From assembly GCA_018971305.1 (NCBI GenBank), contig JAGXBC010000002.1:80046-144045 (forward strand): a stretch of DNA of 64,000 nt, read 5' to 3'. Positions 19,386-27,399 of this stretch are shown here, one piece after another. The stretch's first letter is position 1. The number at the start of each line of letters is the position of its first letter. The notes under the pieces were generated by a model. It was not told the origin of the DNA and did no database searches. It saw nothing but the letters and a program-made list of their open reading frames with translations. Position numbers and translations under genes: made by a program. Source of the DNA: Patescibacteria group bacterium (GTDB lineage: Bacteria > Patescibacteriota > Minisyncoccia > UBA6257 > 2-01-FULL-56-20).

Positions 19386-20849
19386 ATGGCAGAGAAAAAT
19401 CAATCACAAAATTTGAAGCCAAGACCGCCAATTGTTGTTGTTATGGGCCATGTTGACCACGGCAAGACCTCGCTTTTGGACTACATCCGCAAAACGAGCG
19501 TTGCCTCGCGCGAAGTGGGTGGAATTACGCAAGCGGTGGGCGCTTATGAGATAACGCACAGCGACAGGAAGATTACGTTTATTGATACTCCCGGGCACGA
19601 GGCATTTACCAAAATGCGTTCGCGCGGAGCGGAAGTTGCCGACCTCGCGATTTTGGTTGTGGCTTCTGATGAAAGCGTGAAGCCGCAAACAAAGGAGGCG
19701 ATAAAAATTTTAAACGAATCAAAGACGCAGTTCATTGTTGCTATTACTAAAATTGATAAGCCAAGCGCCGACATTGAAAAAGTAAAGAACGAACTGACGG
19801 CAGAAGGAGTTCTTTTGGAAGGATATGGCGGTCAGGTTAGCTTTCACGGTGTGTCATCCAAAACCGGCGAAGGCGTAAACGATATGTTGGACATGATACT
19901 TCTTACCGCCGACGTTGAGAATCTGACTTTTGATCCAACTGTTCCCGCAAGCGGTTATGTTTTGGAGGCGAGGAACGACCCAAGGCGGGGGACGGAGGTG
20001 AGCGTGATAGTTAAAAATGGCGTCTTGGGACGAGGTTCGGGAATATATACTCCGACGACTTCTGGCAAGGTAAAAATCTTAGAAAATTTTTTGGGAGAGA
20101 ACGCCGCAATACTTGAACCATCGGCGCCGGCCTTAATAATCGGTTTTGAGAAGCTGCCGCAGGTGGGCGAGGAATTTTCTACGGAGCCGATGGTCAATGC
20201 CAAGGATCCGGAGGACAGGATTAGAGTCAACAGGTTGTCATATAAGGAAGCATCTGCGCCGGATAGGCCGACGCTTAATTTGATTTTGAGGGCAGCGGAC
20301 GTCGGGTCATTAGAAGTTCTTTCTGCTCTGATAGAAGCTCTGAAAAGTAACGAGAAAACACTGAACATTGTTAGCCAGTCCGTAGGCAATATCACGGACG
20401 GCGACGTAAAAGACGCTGTTGCCACGGGAGCGACCATAGTCGGCTTTAAAAACAAAGCGGATACGGGAGCGAAAAATCTGGCGCAGGCCCAGGAGGTGAA
20501 GATCATAACCTCAGAGATTGTTTACGATCTCGTGAAGGCCGTGCAGGAATTTATGGCGAGCTTGGGCAGGCCGGCAGTGCGCGGAGAGTTGGAAGTACTC
20601 GCGGTTTTTAATCAGAGCAAATTGAGTGAACAGCTTGTCGGCGGCAAAGTTTTGTCCGGAAATTTTTTGAAAACTAATTTTGACGTTGAGCGGCCGGGAG
20701 TTTTGGATAGCGTCGGCCAGGGCAGGATTATGAGCATCAGGGAAAAGAAGTTGGTTATCAATCAAGCCGAAAAAGGCAAAGAAATCGGCGTTCTGGTTAA
20801 TTGTTCGGTTGCGATACAGGTTGGAGATAAACTTGTAATTAGGAAATAG
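19386..20849 (+). CDS. infB: Translation initiation factor IF-2 (short form, G-domain onward)
   Basis: G1 GHVDHGKTSLLD, G3 DTPGHEAF, G4 TKID; domain order matches the IF-2 G2-C2 region; only 487 aa, so it lacks the long N-terminal region. Confidence 0.85.
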   Translation: MAEKNQSQNLKPRPPIVVVMGHVDHGKTSLLDYIRKTSVASREVGGITQAVGAYEITHSDRKITFIDTPGHEAFTKMRSRGAEVADLAILVVASDESVKPQTKEAIKILNESKTQFIVAITKIDKPSADIEKVKNELTAEGVLLEGYGGQVSFHGVSSKTGEGVNDMLDMILLTADVENLTFDPTVPASGYVLEARNDPRRGTEVSVIVKNGVLGRGSGIYTPTTSGKVKILENFLGENAAILEPSAPALIIGFEKLPQVGEEFSTEPMVNAKDPEDRIRVNRLSYKEASAPDRPTLNLILRAADVGSLEVLSALIEALKSNEKTLNIVSQSVGNITDGDVKDAVATGATIVGFKNKADTGAKNLAQAQEVKIITSEIVYDLVKAVQEFMASLGRPAVRGELEVLAVFNQSKLSEQLVGGKVLSGNFLKTNFDVERPGVLDSVGQGRIMSIREKKLVINQAEKGKEIGVLVNCSVAIQVGDKLVIRK

Positions 20850-20856
20850 AGAAAGG

Positions 20857-21192
20857 ATGAATTACAGACCTTTGCGTGTAAGTAAATTAATAAAAGAAGA
20901 ACTTGGCGAGCTTCTTTTGAAGAACCTGGAATTTCCCGGCGTTCTAGTCACAATCACGGATGTAAATGTGAGTTCCAAGCTGGATATTGCGAGAGTTGAG
21001 CTGAGCGTTCTGCCCGTCGATGCCACCAAAAAAGTTTTTAAGGCGGTGAATGCGGCCCAAAAGGAACTACAATATCTTTTGCTCAAAAAAATCAATATAA
21101 AGCCGATGCCGCAGATTATGTTCGAGGTAGACCATGGAGCGGAAAACGCGGCCAAAGTTGAAAAGTTGCTGATTCAAGACAATAATAAATAA
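20857..21192 (+). CDS. rbfA: Ribosome-binding factor A
   Basis: RVSKLIKEELGELLLKNLEFPG...VLVTITDVNVSSKLDIARV; conserved position after infB. Confidence 0.8.
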   Translation: MNYRPLRVSKLIKEELGELLLKNLEFPGVLVTITDVNVSSKLDIARVELSVLPVDATKKVFKAVNAAQKELQYLLLKKINIKPMPQIMFEVDHGAENAAKVEKLLIQDNNK

Positions 21193-21194
21193 AT

Positions 21195-21269
21195 GGCCAG
21201 GTAGCCAAGCAGTAAGGCAAGGGTCTGCAAAACCCTTATACACGGGTGCAATTCCCGTCCTGGCCTCCA
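21195..21269 (+). tRNA. tRNA-Cys (anticodon GCA), CCA encoded
   Basis: Acceptor GGCCAGG/CCTGGCC, anticodon loop CTGCAAA, discriminator T then CCA. Confidence 0.8.
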
Positions 21270-21277
21270 AAAGTTAA

Positions 21278-21425
21278 GACGGGAATTGCAGTGAAGGAGG
21301 GGTCGGGAGGAAAGTATAAGGTTTCTCCCGTGTAGGAAATAATTCAAAACCGAGGGTTTTGAAAGCGCAAGCCGATGTACATCGGCTGAGCAGTAAAATC
21401 CCCGTCCTGGCCTCAAGTGCATAAG
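21278..21425. repeat. tRNA-Cys-derived repeats: inverted copy of the T-arm (GACGGGAATTGCA, 21278-21290), 16-bp palindrome GCCGATGTACATCGGC (21371-21386), and a direct copy of the tRNA 3' end (AATCCCCGTCCTGGCCTCA, 21407-21425)
   Basis: Direct reading; the 3' copy matches tRNA positions 21250-21269 with 1 mismatch. Confidence 0.55.
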
Positions 21426-21484
21426 TTCCGGTATGATTACTGTCCGCGAAGAACTATAATTAATAAAGAAAATTTTCAGGAGAC

Positions 21485-21733
21485 TTGATCATGGAAAACC
21501 AAGAAGAGGCATTCGGCAAAAAGAAAAACAAGCTTGATATTTATCCGGTCAGATTTGACGATAAGGGCAATATGCTGGGAGCGAGTTTGCCCATAGGAGA
21601 AAGGCGAGAAGATTATTATATAAGAACTCCAACCATGGAAGAATTAGACAGACTCAAGAAGGAATTCGGTGCCAATGTTGAACACAGAAGAATAGCTATC
21701 AAGAAGGATTCGGATGCGGGAGAGTGGAATTAA
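21485..21733 (+). CDS. Hypothetical small protein (82 aa)
   Basis: ORF only. Confidence 0.35.
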   Translation: MIMENQEEAFGKKKNKLDIYPVRFDDKGNMLGASLPIGERREDYYIRTPTMEELDRLKKEFGANVEHRRIAIKKDSDAGEWN

Positions 21734-21921
21734 TTGGCGGTCTCTAAAATATCTTTGAGGCCGCTTTTTGCTTTTGTTGTTGTGATTTTCTTGGCGTAAG
21801 TTGCAAAAGGCTGAGAGTCGTATAAAATCAAAAAATCGGTTGGAAAGATAATGTGTCTTAATAGGGGCCCGGGTGGTGCCTGCCGGCAGGCAGGGAATGG
21901 TATGTAGTCCGGCACTAAATT

Positions 21922-22005
21922 GCCGCCGTGGTGAAATTGGCAGACACGACAGACTTAAGATCTGTTGCCCGCAAGGGCGTGTCGGTTCGACTCCGACCGG
22001 CGGCA
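21922..22005 (+). tRNA. tRNA-Leu (anticodon TAA)
   Basis: Acceptor GCCGCCG/CGGCGGC, anticodon loop CTTAAGA, long variable arm, T-loop TTCGACT. Confidence 0.8.
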
Positions 22006-22009
22006 CAAA

Positions 22010-22030
22010 TTCGACTCCCACCCCGGGCAC
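22010..22030. repeat. Orphan tRNA 3'-end fragment (TTCGACTCCCACCCCGGGCAC) = inverted near-copy (19/21) of the 3' end of tRNA-Leu(CAA) at 22690-22710
   Basis: Direct reading; together the two copies form inverted repeats flanking ~660 bp. Confidence 0.5.
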
Positions 22031-22067
22031 AATTGCTTAAATTTAAAAAACACATTACAACTTAAAT

Positions 22068-22454
22068 ATGGATATACACCCACAAGAAAGGCAGCCGGTT
22101 GTACCCCCATTCAGAAATCCAGAAAAAGGGCGGGATTTTGTTGGCGGAGAATTGCCTCCTCTATCAGGAAAGGCGCTGGAAGATATGAGGGAATATTTTG
22201 GCGATAACCACAAACTTACTGAGCAATATTTTTACGCGATACCGATGGTGAATTTGCAAAATTATGATGCAAAAGAGCGACCCTGGGCAAAAAAAATAAT
22301 CCGCGAGGCCGAAGGGCGAATCATGGGTTTGCCGCATCTTGGAGAAAACGAATCGTGGATTACATTCGTCGGTCCGGACGGAAATCTTTATGCGACCAAA
22401 TCCACTCCGGCGACTTCCGGTGAAATAGAAAAGTGGATTGACGAGGCCAAATAA
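22068..22454 (+). CDS. Hypothetical protein (128 aa)
   Basis: ORF followed by a clean intrinsic terminator; no motif. Confidence 0.45.
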   Translation: MDIHPQERQPVVPPFRNPEKGRDFVGGELPPLSGKALEDMREYFGDNHKLTEQYFYAIPMVNLQNYDAKERPWAKKIIREAEGRIMGLPHLGENESWITFVGPDGNLYATKSTPATSGEIEKWIDEAK

Positions 22455-22476
22455 TATCGGGGCGTCCGTGAATAAA

Positions 22477-22513
22477 GAAGCCGTGCTGATAAATCAGAAC
22501 GGCTTCTTTATTA
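22477..22513 (+). terminator. Rho-independent terminator GAAGCCGT...ACGGCTTC + TTTATTA
   Basis: 8-bp stem, T-rich tail, 23 nt after the stop at 22454. Confidence 0.6.
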
Positions 22514-22589
22514 TAATCTGATATACTTTCTCATTCCCGGGAAGAGAATTGCCCGCGACTCTTGCGCTCGCCGTCGCTCGTTTTTCTCA

Positions 22590-22690
22590 ATGGGTTTTCC
22601 CGCGTCGCCCTTCGGGCTAAAGTTCCTCCAGGCTTTCGGAACGACGCGGGACTCCTGAAAATCTAATCCCGCCTTGCGGCGGGAAAGATT
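22590..22690 (-). other. GC-rich structured element 3' of tRNA-Leu(CAA): GNRA hairpin CCCGCC-GCAA-GGCGGG, then a multi-stem unit (outer stem CCCGCGTCG/CGACGCGGG enclosing hairpins GCCC-TTCG-GGGC and GTTCC...GGAAC)
   Basis: Base-pairing read by eye; could be a tRNA terminator plus a small RNA; the overlapping ORF 22511-22786 is judged spurious. Confidence 0.35.
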
Positions 22691-22774
22691 TTCTAGTCGG
22701 TGCCCGGGGTGGGAATTGAACCCACACGACCTTGCGATCACAGGATTTTGAGTCCTGCGCGTCTGCCAGTTCCG
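22691..22774 (-). tRNA. tRNA-Leu (anticodon CAA)
   Basis: Reverse complement folds: acceptor GCCCGGG/CCCGGGC, anticodon loop CTCAAAA, long variable arm, T-loop TTCAATT. Confidence 0.8.
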
Positions 22775-22832
22775 CCACCCGGGCATATTTATAACAAGAT
22801 TATCTTACAGAAAATTAGCCGCCGAATCAATA

Positions 22833-22861
22833 TTGATTAATTATCCGACCGGCTTTATGAT
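22833..22861 (+). promoter_or_regulatory. Putative promoter TTGATT-17-TATGAT upstream of the ATPase-CYTH gene
   Basis: Hexamers and spacing read directly; GGAGGA RBS 5 nt before the ATG at 22895. Confidence 0.4.
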
Positions 22862-22894
22862 GGTGGCAGCTGTTAAAAAATTTTGGAGGATTTT

Positions 22895-24037
22895 ATGGAT
22901 AATGAAATCCTGATTGTCGGGCTTACTGGCGGACCATGTTCTGGCAAAACGAGCGTTCTAAGTTCGGCGGCGGAAAAACTTGCCGAATACGGATTTGATA
23001 CTTATTTATGCAATGAGGCGGCCACTTTTCTTATCATGCAGGGCATGTTGATTAAAAAGGCGGTTCATGCCGAAGACTGGCAAAAGGTCCAGGAATACCA
23101 GAAAGAAATTATGGATTTTACCCATACGAACGAAGAACGCATGAGGCGGTGCGCCATGATAGAGGGTAGAAAGTCCGTAGTTTTGTCTGATCGACCATTA
23201 CCCGATACGAGGGCCTACCTTCCCGAGGGTTCGAAGGGAGATGAGATTTACGTGGGTCTTCTTCGTGAAATTACGGGTTTTACGCCACCCGAAGCCCTTG
23301 ATCGTTACCATTCGGGAGTGATCAAGCTTACTACGGCCGCCGACGGAGCGGAAGAGTTTTACACTCTGGAAAATAACGCTGCGAGGGATGAGCCGCCTGA
23401 AGTGGCGCGGTATTTGGACAAGAGAATACAAGAAACCTACACCGGCCTTGAGCATTTAAAAGTAATCGACAATTCTACCGACTTTGAGACCAAGAAAAAA
23501 AGAGCATTGCAGGCTATTTGCCAGGCGCTCGGTATCCCGGAGCCGCTGGAAAACGAAAGGAAGTATATAGTTTCTTATCCGTCTCCGGAGCACTTTCTTA
23601 TTCCCTATAGGAAGATAGAGATAGAGCAGGCCTATCTTTTGGACGATGAGCAGGATGGCGAGCCGCCGCGTATTAGGAAGAGGACATACCAGCACGGTTC
23701 CACTTATTTTTGGACCAAGAAGAAACCCCGAGGTCCAGGAGTAAGGGTGGAAATTGAAAAAGCCATTAGCTGGCGCACGTATTTGGAGTTGATGGATTCG
23801 CGCGACCAGAAGCGTGGCGTTATTAAGAAACACAGATACTGCTTTTTTTGGGAAAATCAGTATTTCGCCCTGGACGTTTTCAATAATCTGCCTAAGGCAC
23901 TATGTCTTCTAGAAATCGAACTTACCGACCTGCAACAGAAAGTCGTACTGCCGCCGTTTCTCAAAGTTTCGGAGAAAGACGATGTTTCGGATGATAATAT
24001 GTATAGTAACAGCAATCTCGCTTTATTGATCGCATAA
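22895..24037 (+). CDS. P-loop ATPase/kinase (NadR/AAA_28-like) fused to a C-terminal CYTH (CyaB/thiamine-triphosphatase-like) domain
   Basis: Walker A GLTGGPCSGKTS. C-terminal half has the CYTH hallmarks: acidic ExExK-like strand KIEIEQAY near its start, basic RIRKRTY, and LEIELTD near the end. Start moved to the ATG at 22895 (RBS). Confidence 0.6.
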   Translation: MDNEILIVGLTGGPCSGKTSVLSSAAEKLAEYGFDTYLCNEAATFLIMQGMLIKKAVHAEDWQKVQEYQKEIMDFTHTNEERMRRCAMIEGRKSVVLSDRPLPDTRAYLPEGSKGDEIYVGLLREITGFTPPEALDRYHSGVIKLTTAADGAEEFYTLENNAARDEPPEVARYLDKRIQETYTGLEHLKVIDNSTDFETKKKRALQAICQALGIPEPLENERKYIVSYPSPEHFLIPYRKIEIEQAYLLDDEQDGEPPRIRKRTYQHGSTYFWTKKKPRGPGVRVEIEKAISWRTYLELMDSRDQKRGVIKKHRYCFFWENQYFALDVFNNLPKALCLLEIELTDLQQKVVLPPFLKVSEKDDVSDDNMYSNSNLALLIA

Positions 24038-24107
24038 ATTTATGTGCCCGCGCTTTAATCGCGGGCTTTTTGTTGCTAAAGCACAAGAAAAATTGCACAA
24101 TATAGCT

Positions 24108-24929
24108 ATGGCTCGCGTCATTTCCATCTGCAACCAAAAAGGCGGTGTTGGTAAAACAACTACTGCCGTAAATCTCGGCTCATATTTGGCGGCCAAAGGG
24201 CGAAAGGTCCTTTTGGTTGACTTTGACCCGCAGGCGAACGCGAGTTCGGCTTTGGGCCATGACCATAATAAAAATCTGCCGAGCGTTTATCACGGGATTT
24301 TGAATATGGTTCAGCCGGAAGAAGTTCTGCGGCCCACGCAGATTTTTAATTTTCATTATGTTCCGGCGGCTCCGCATCTTGCCGGAGCGCTTGTGGAATT
24401 CGTGGACACGCCGGAACGCGAATACTTTTTGCGGAAATTTTTGCACCAATTGCGGCATAAATACGACTATATTCTTATAGATTTGCCGCCGTCACTCAGT
24501 TTGCTCACGGTAAACGGGCTTATTGCGTCCGATGAAGTTCTGATTCCGGTGCAGGCGGAGTATTATTCTTTGGAAGGATTGGGCCAACTACTGGAAACGA
24601 TAAATTTGGTGCAGGGGAATCTGCAGCATCCGCTTAAAGTGGCTGGAGCGCTTGTTACGATGTATGATAAGCGCGAGCACTTGAGCCGCGAGGTCGCGAA
24701 AAACCTGCGCCGGCATTTTCCCCACTACGTTTTTGCCACAGAAATTCCGCGTAGTGTGGCTTTGGCCGAAGCACCGAGTTTTTCTCTGCCGATATTGTTG
24801 TATCGTCCTGATTCTCCTGGCGCGCTCGCTTATCGCCGCCTGGCGGAAGAAATTATCGGCCAAGAGAAGGGGCTGATAAGTAAAGAAGAAGTGCTCTCAA
24901 GCCGTGACTTCGGCAATTTTAATATATAA
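24108..24929 (+). CDS. parA: Chromosome partitioning ATPase ParA/Soj
   Basis: Deviant Walker A KGGVGKTTT, typical ParA length and motifs; followed by parB. Confidence 0.85.
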   Translation: MARVISICNQKGGVGKTTTAVNLGSYLAAKGRKVLLVDFDPQANASSALGHDHNKNLPSVYHGILNMVQPEEVLRPTQIFNFHYVPAAPHLAGALVEFVDTPEREYFLRKFLHQLRHKYDYILIDLPPSLSLLTVNGLIASDEVLIPVQAEYYSLEGLGQLLETINLVQGNLQHPLKVAGALVTMYDKREHLSREVAKNLRRHFPHYVFATEIPRSVALAEAPSFSLPILLYRPDSPGALAYRRLAEEIIGQEKGLISKEEVLSSRDFGNFNI

Positions 24930-24931
24930 AC

Positions 24932-26014
24932 ATGTTAGGCAAAGGACTTGAATCTTTAATACCACCACAGAAAAAACCGCAAGGCGACGATGGTGCTGTG
25001 CAAAACATCCAGCAACCGGAGGATAACGCCATTCAGGCGCCGCAAAGCGATTCGGGCGATACGGGCGCCCCACAAACTCTGCCCGTGTTTCCGGTTGATG
25101 ACAGCACTGTAGTAGATAAACCGCAATTTGCCGGAGACGATTTTCGCGCCGCGGTCTACGCGAAACCCGCTGAACCGCAACGCGAGAGAGTGAAGGTTAA
25201 AGAACCGATTGACTCCGTTTTTCACATTGAAGTTATAAAGATAAAACCGAATCCGAATCAGCCGCGCAAACATTTTGACGAACAGGCGTTGTGGGAACTT
25301 GCGAACTCCATCCGCGAATTCGGTTTCCTTCAGCCGCTTGTTGTTTCCAAAACCGATAAAGAAATTTCTACCGGAGTGGACGTTGAGTATCAGATCATCG
25401 CTGGCGAACGGCGTTTTCTGGCGGCAAAACTTTTGGGCTTGGAGGTAGTACCCGCGATAATAAGGAACGTTGATCTGGAAAGGGAAAAACTGGAGCTCGC
25501 TGTCGTGGAAAACATTCAGCGCGAAGATCTGAATCCTATAGAAAAAGCCCGGGCGGTGGCACGCCTGCAGGAAGAATTCCGTATGACGCAAAGAGAAATT
25601 GCCGCAAAGCTCGGCAAATCGCGCGAATCGGTTGCGAACTCCGTGCGGCTGCTCGACTTGCCCATGTATATTCAGGAAGCATTGGAGAAGGGCCAGTTAA
25701 CCGAAAGCCACGGCAGATTTTTACTCGCGGTCCAGGACCCGGGAGCGCAGAAACAGCTTTTTGACGACATCGTGCTCCACGGCATCACGACTCGCGAATT
25801 AAGGAACCGCGTCCGCGCCGGAAGACCGCGCGGAGTTTCCCGCGAAGCCGGTTTGCCGCCGGAACTCAGAATGATGGAAGAAAAATTAAGTTCGGAACTC
25901 GGTACGCCCGTGAAAATAGAAAAAGACGGCGCCTCCGGCAAGATAACGATCACTTTTTATTCGGACGAAGAATTAGAAAGTATTATGCGAAAAATCGGAA
26001 AAGAAGAGGTTTAA
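24932..26014 (+). CDS. parB: Chromosome partitioning protein ParB/Spo0J
   Basis: ParB box GERRFLAAKLLG, HTH region, Q/P-rich N-terminal extension. Confidence 0.8.
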   Translation: MLGKGLESLIPPQKKPQGDDGAVQNIQQPEDNAIQAPQSDSGDTGAPQTLPVFPVDDSTVVDKPQFAGDDFRAAVYAKPAEPQRERVKVKEPIDSVFHIEVIKIKPNPNQPRKHFDEQALWELANSIREFGFLQPLVVSKTDKEISTGVDVEYQIIAGERRFLAAKLLGLEVVPAIIRNVDLEREKLELAVVENIQREDLNPIEKARAVARLQEEFRMTQREIAAKLGKSRESVANSVRLLDLPMYIQEALEKGQLTESHGRFLLAVQDPGAQKQLFDDIVLHGITTRELRNRVRAGRPRGVSREAGLPPELRMMEEKLSSELGTPVKIEKDGASGKITITFYSDEELESIMRKIGKEEV

Positions 26015-26032
26015 GAGTTCGAATCCTCTCCT

Positions 26033-26066
26033 GCGCTAAGGCGTTTTTGATATAGTTAACTTATGA
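26033..26066 (+). repeat. 34-bp perfect direct repeat copy 1 (GCGCTAAGGCGTTTTTGATATAGTTAACTTATGA) containing the start codon of the 26063 gene
   Basis: Identical 34-mer recurs at 26828-26861. Confidence 0.7.
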
Positions 26067-26812
26067 ACCGCAAAGGTTTCGCGCCAATAGTAATCATCCT
26101 AATAGCACTAGGACTTATTGCTGTCGGGGCAGGGGTTTATTTTTATGTCGGAAAAGTCGTTCCACCGTCAATAAAGCCCATATCCTCGGTGTTACCCATA
26201 AATACGCAACAGATCGTTGCCACGACAACTAAATCATTCGCAACATCCTCAATCGCGATAACCAATTGTATAAAAATTGCTTGTTATGGAGCTGGAAGTA
26301 GCAGCACGGTAAGTTATGACAGTCGTCCATTGTTTGATTGGTACGAAGGGAAGGTGCATTTCAGTTTACGGGAAGTTGGAGTCGGTTTAATACCATTGAC
26401 GCCAGGAACCCCGTACGTTGATCCTCAGAAACTCGCAACGCATGGTATTGATTTCGGAGAGGGTGTCTTGATGGATAATATAGGAAATCTTTACCCCAAC
26501 GGCTCCGTTCTTTTTGGCGTATTGCTTAGTTACGATATTTCTGGTCTCGGCAATACCTTGCCCATCTCACAAACACAAATACCATTCTATATGCGGAGAT
26601 TAATTGATGAGAGGGGAGACCTCGTGGAATCAAATGTGGACCCCGACTTTTTATATTTCGGGACGGCCGTTTTTGTCATTCCAGATGATCAAATTGTTCA
26701 GGCGGGAGGTGAGTATACATTTACAACGGGAGGAACATCAAACATCTTCTTTTACATTAAGCCCCACGCAGATGGTTCATTGGAAATAAATCGGGAACCG
26801 ACTAACGGATAA
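26063..26812 (+). CDS. Hypothetical membrane-anchored exported protein (249 aa)
   Basis: N-terminal TM helix; beta-rich ectodomain; no motif. Confidence 0.5.
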   Translation: MNRKGFAPIVIILIALGLIAVGAGVYFYVGKVVPPSIKPISSVLPINTQQIVATTTKSFATSSIAITNCIKIACYGAGSSSTVSYDSRPLFDWYEGKVHFSLREVGVGLIPLTPGTPYVDPQKLATHGIDFGEGVLMDNIGNLYPNGSVLFGVLLSYDISGLGNTLPISQTQIPFYMRRLIDERGDLVESNVDPDFLYFGTAVFVIPDDQIVQAGGEYTFTTGGTSNIFFYIKPHADGSLEINREPTNG

Positions 26813-26827
26813 GTAGTAAATATCCCC

Positions 26828-26861
26828 GCGCTAAGGCGTTTTTGATATAGTTAACTTATGA
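26828..26861 (+). repeat. 34-bp direct repeat copy 2; its ATG opens only a 23-codon ORF
   Basis: Identical to 26033-26066; begins 16 nt after the stop of the 26063 gene. Confidence 0.7.
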
Positions 26862-26972
26862 CTAAGGCTAGCCACGTAGAAGTAGACCTCGAAGAAAAAA
26901 CCGTAGGTGTTATAAAGACCGTAGACTAGTTCGAACAGTGTCCACTCCCGCGCACGCGATGTAATCTGATTT

Positions 26973-27347
26973 ATGGAAAACTCAAATTTTGAACAATCAA
27001 GAGAAGAACGTGAAAATCCCAATTTTGCGGTTGAAAAATATCCGGCAAGAAACGGGTTTATATACGAATTGCATTTTGCTACTGAAGCGGAGGCAGAAGA
27101 AGGAGTAAAAGCATTTTGGAATGCCCGTGAGGGGACTGGGATGGCAAGACAGGGATTGAAGTCGGGGATGTTAAAGCCGTTCAAGCACGACATTACGAGC
27201 GGAGACAGAACAGCTCCCCGCCAAGCCAATCCCGGAGACCTAAGAAAACATCCCGATAAGCCATTCGTTGTTCAGTTCAATGGCAATACCGAAGCGCTAA
27301 GTCCTAACGGAGAAGAGGCCTTGCGTTCACTGGGTTTTATAGAATAA
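26973..27347 (+). CDS. Hypothetical protein (124 aa)
   Basis: ORF only. Confidence 0.4.
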   Translation: MENSNFEQSREERENPNFAVEKYPARNGFIYELHFATEAEAEEGVKAFWNAREGTGMARQGLKSGMLKPFKHDITSGDRTAPRQANPGDLRKHPDKPFVVQFNGNTEALSPNGEEALRSLGFIE

Positions 27348-27399
27348 AAATCAAAAACCCTTAAACACCCCGACGTGTTGTTGGGATGGTCATATCCGA

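Noticed and set aside
21644-22207. Overlapping ORFs on both strands (128 aa minus, 80 aa plus)
   Set aside because: Both lie across tRNA-Leu(TAA) and the tRNA-fragment repeat; Cys/Arg-rich translations typical of GC-rich non-coding DNA
22511-22786. 91-aa minus-strand ORF
   Set aside because: Spans tRNA-Leu(CAA) and the structured GC-rich element; not a plausible gene
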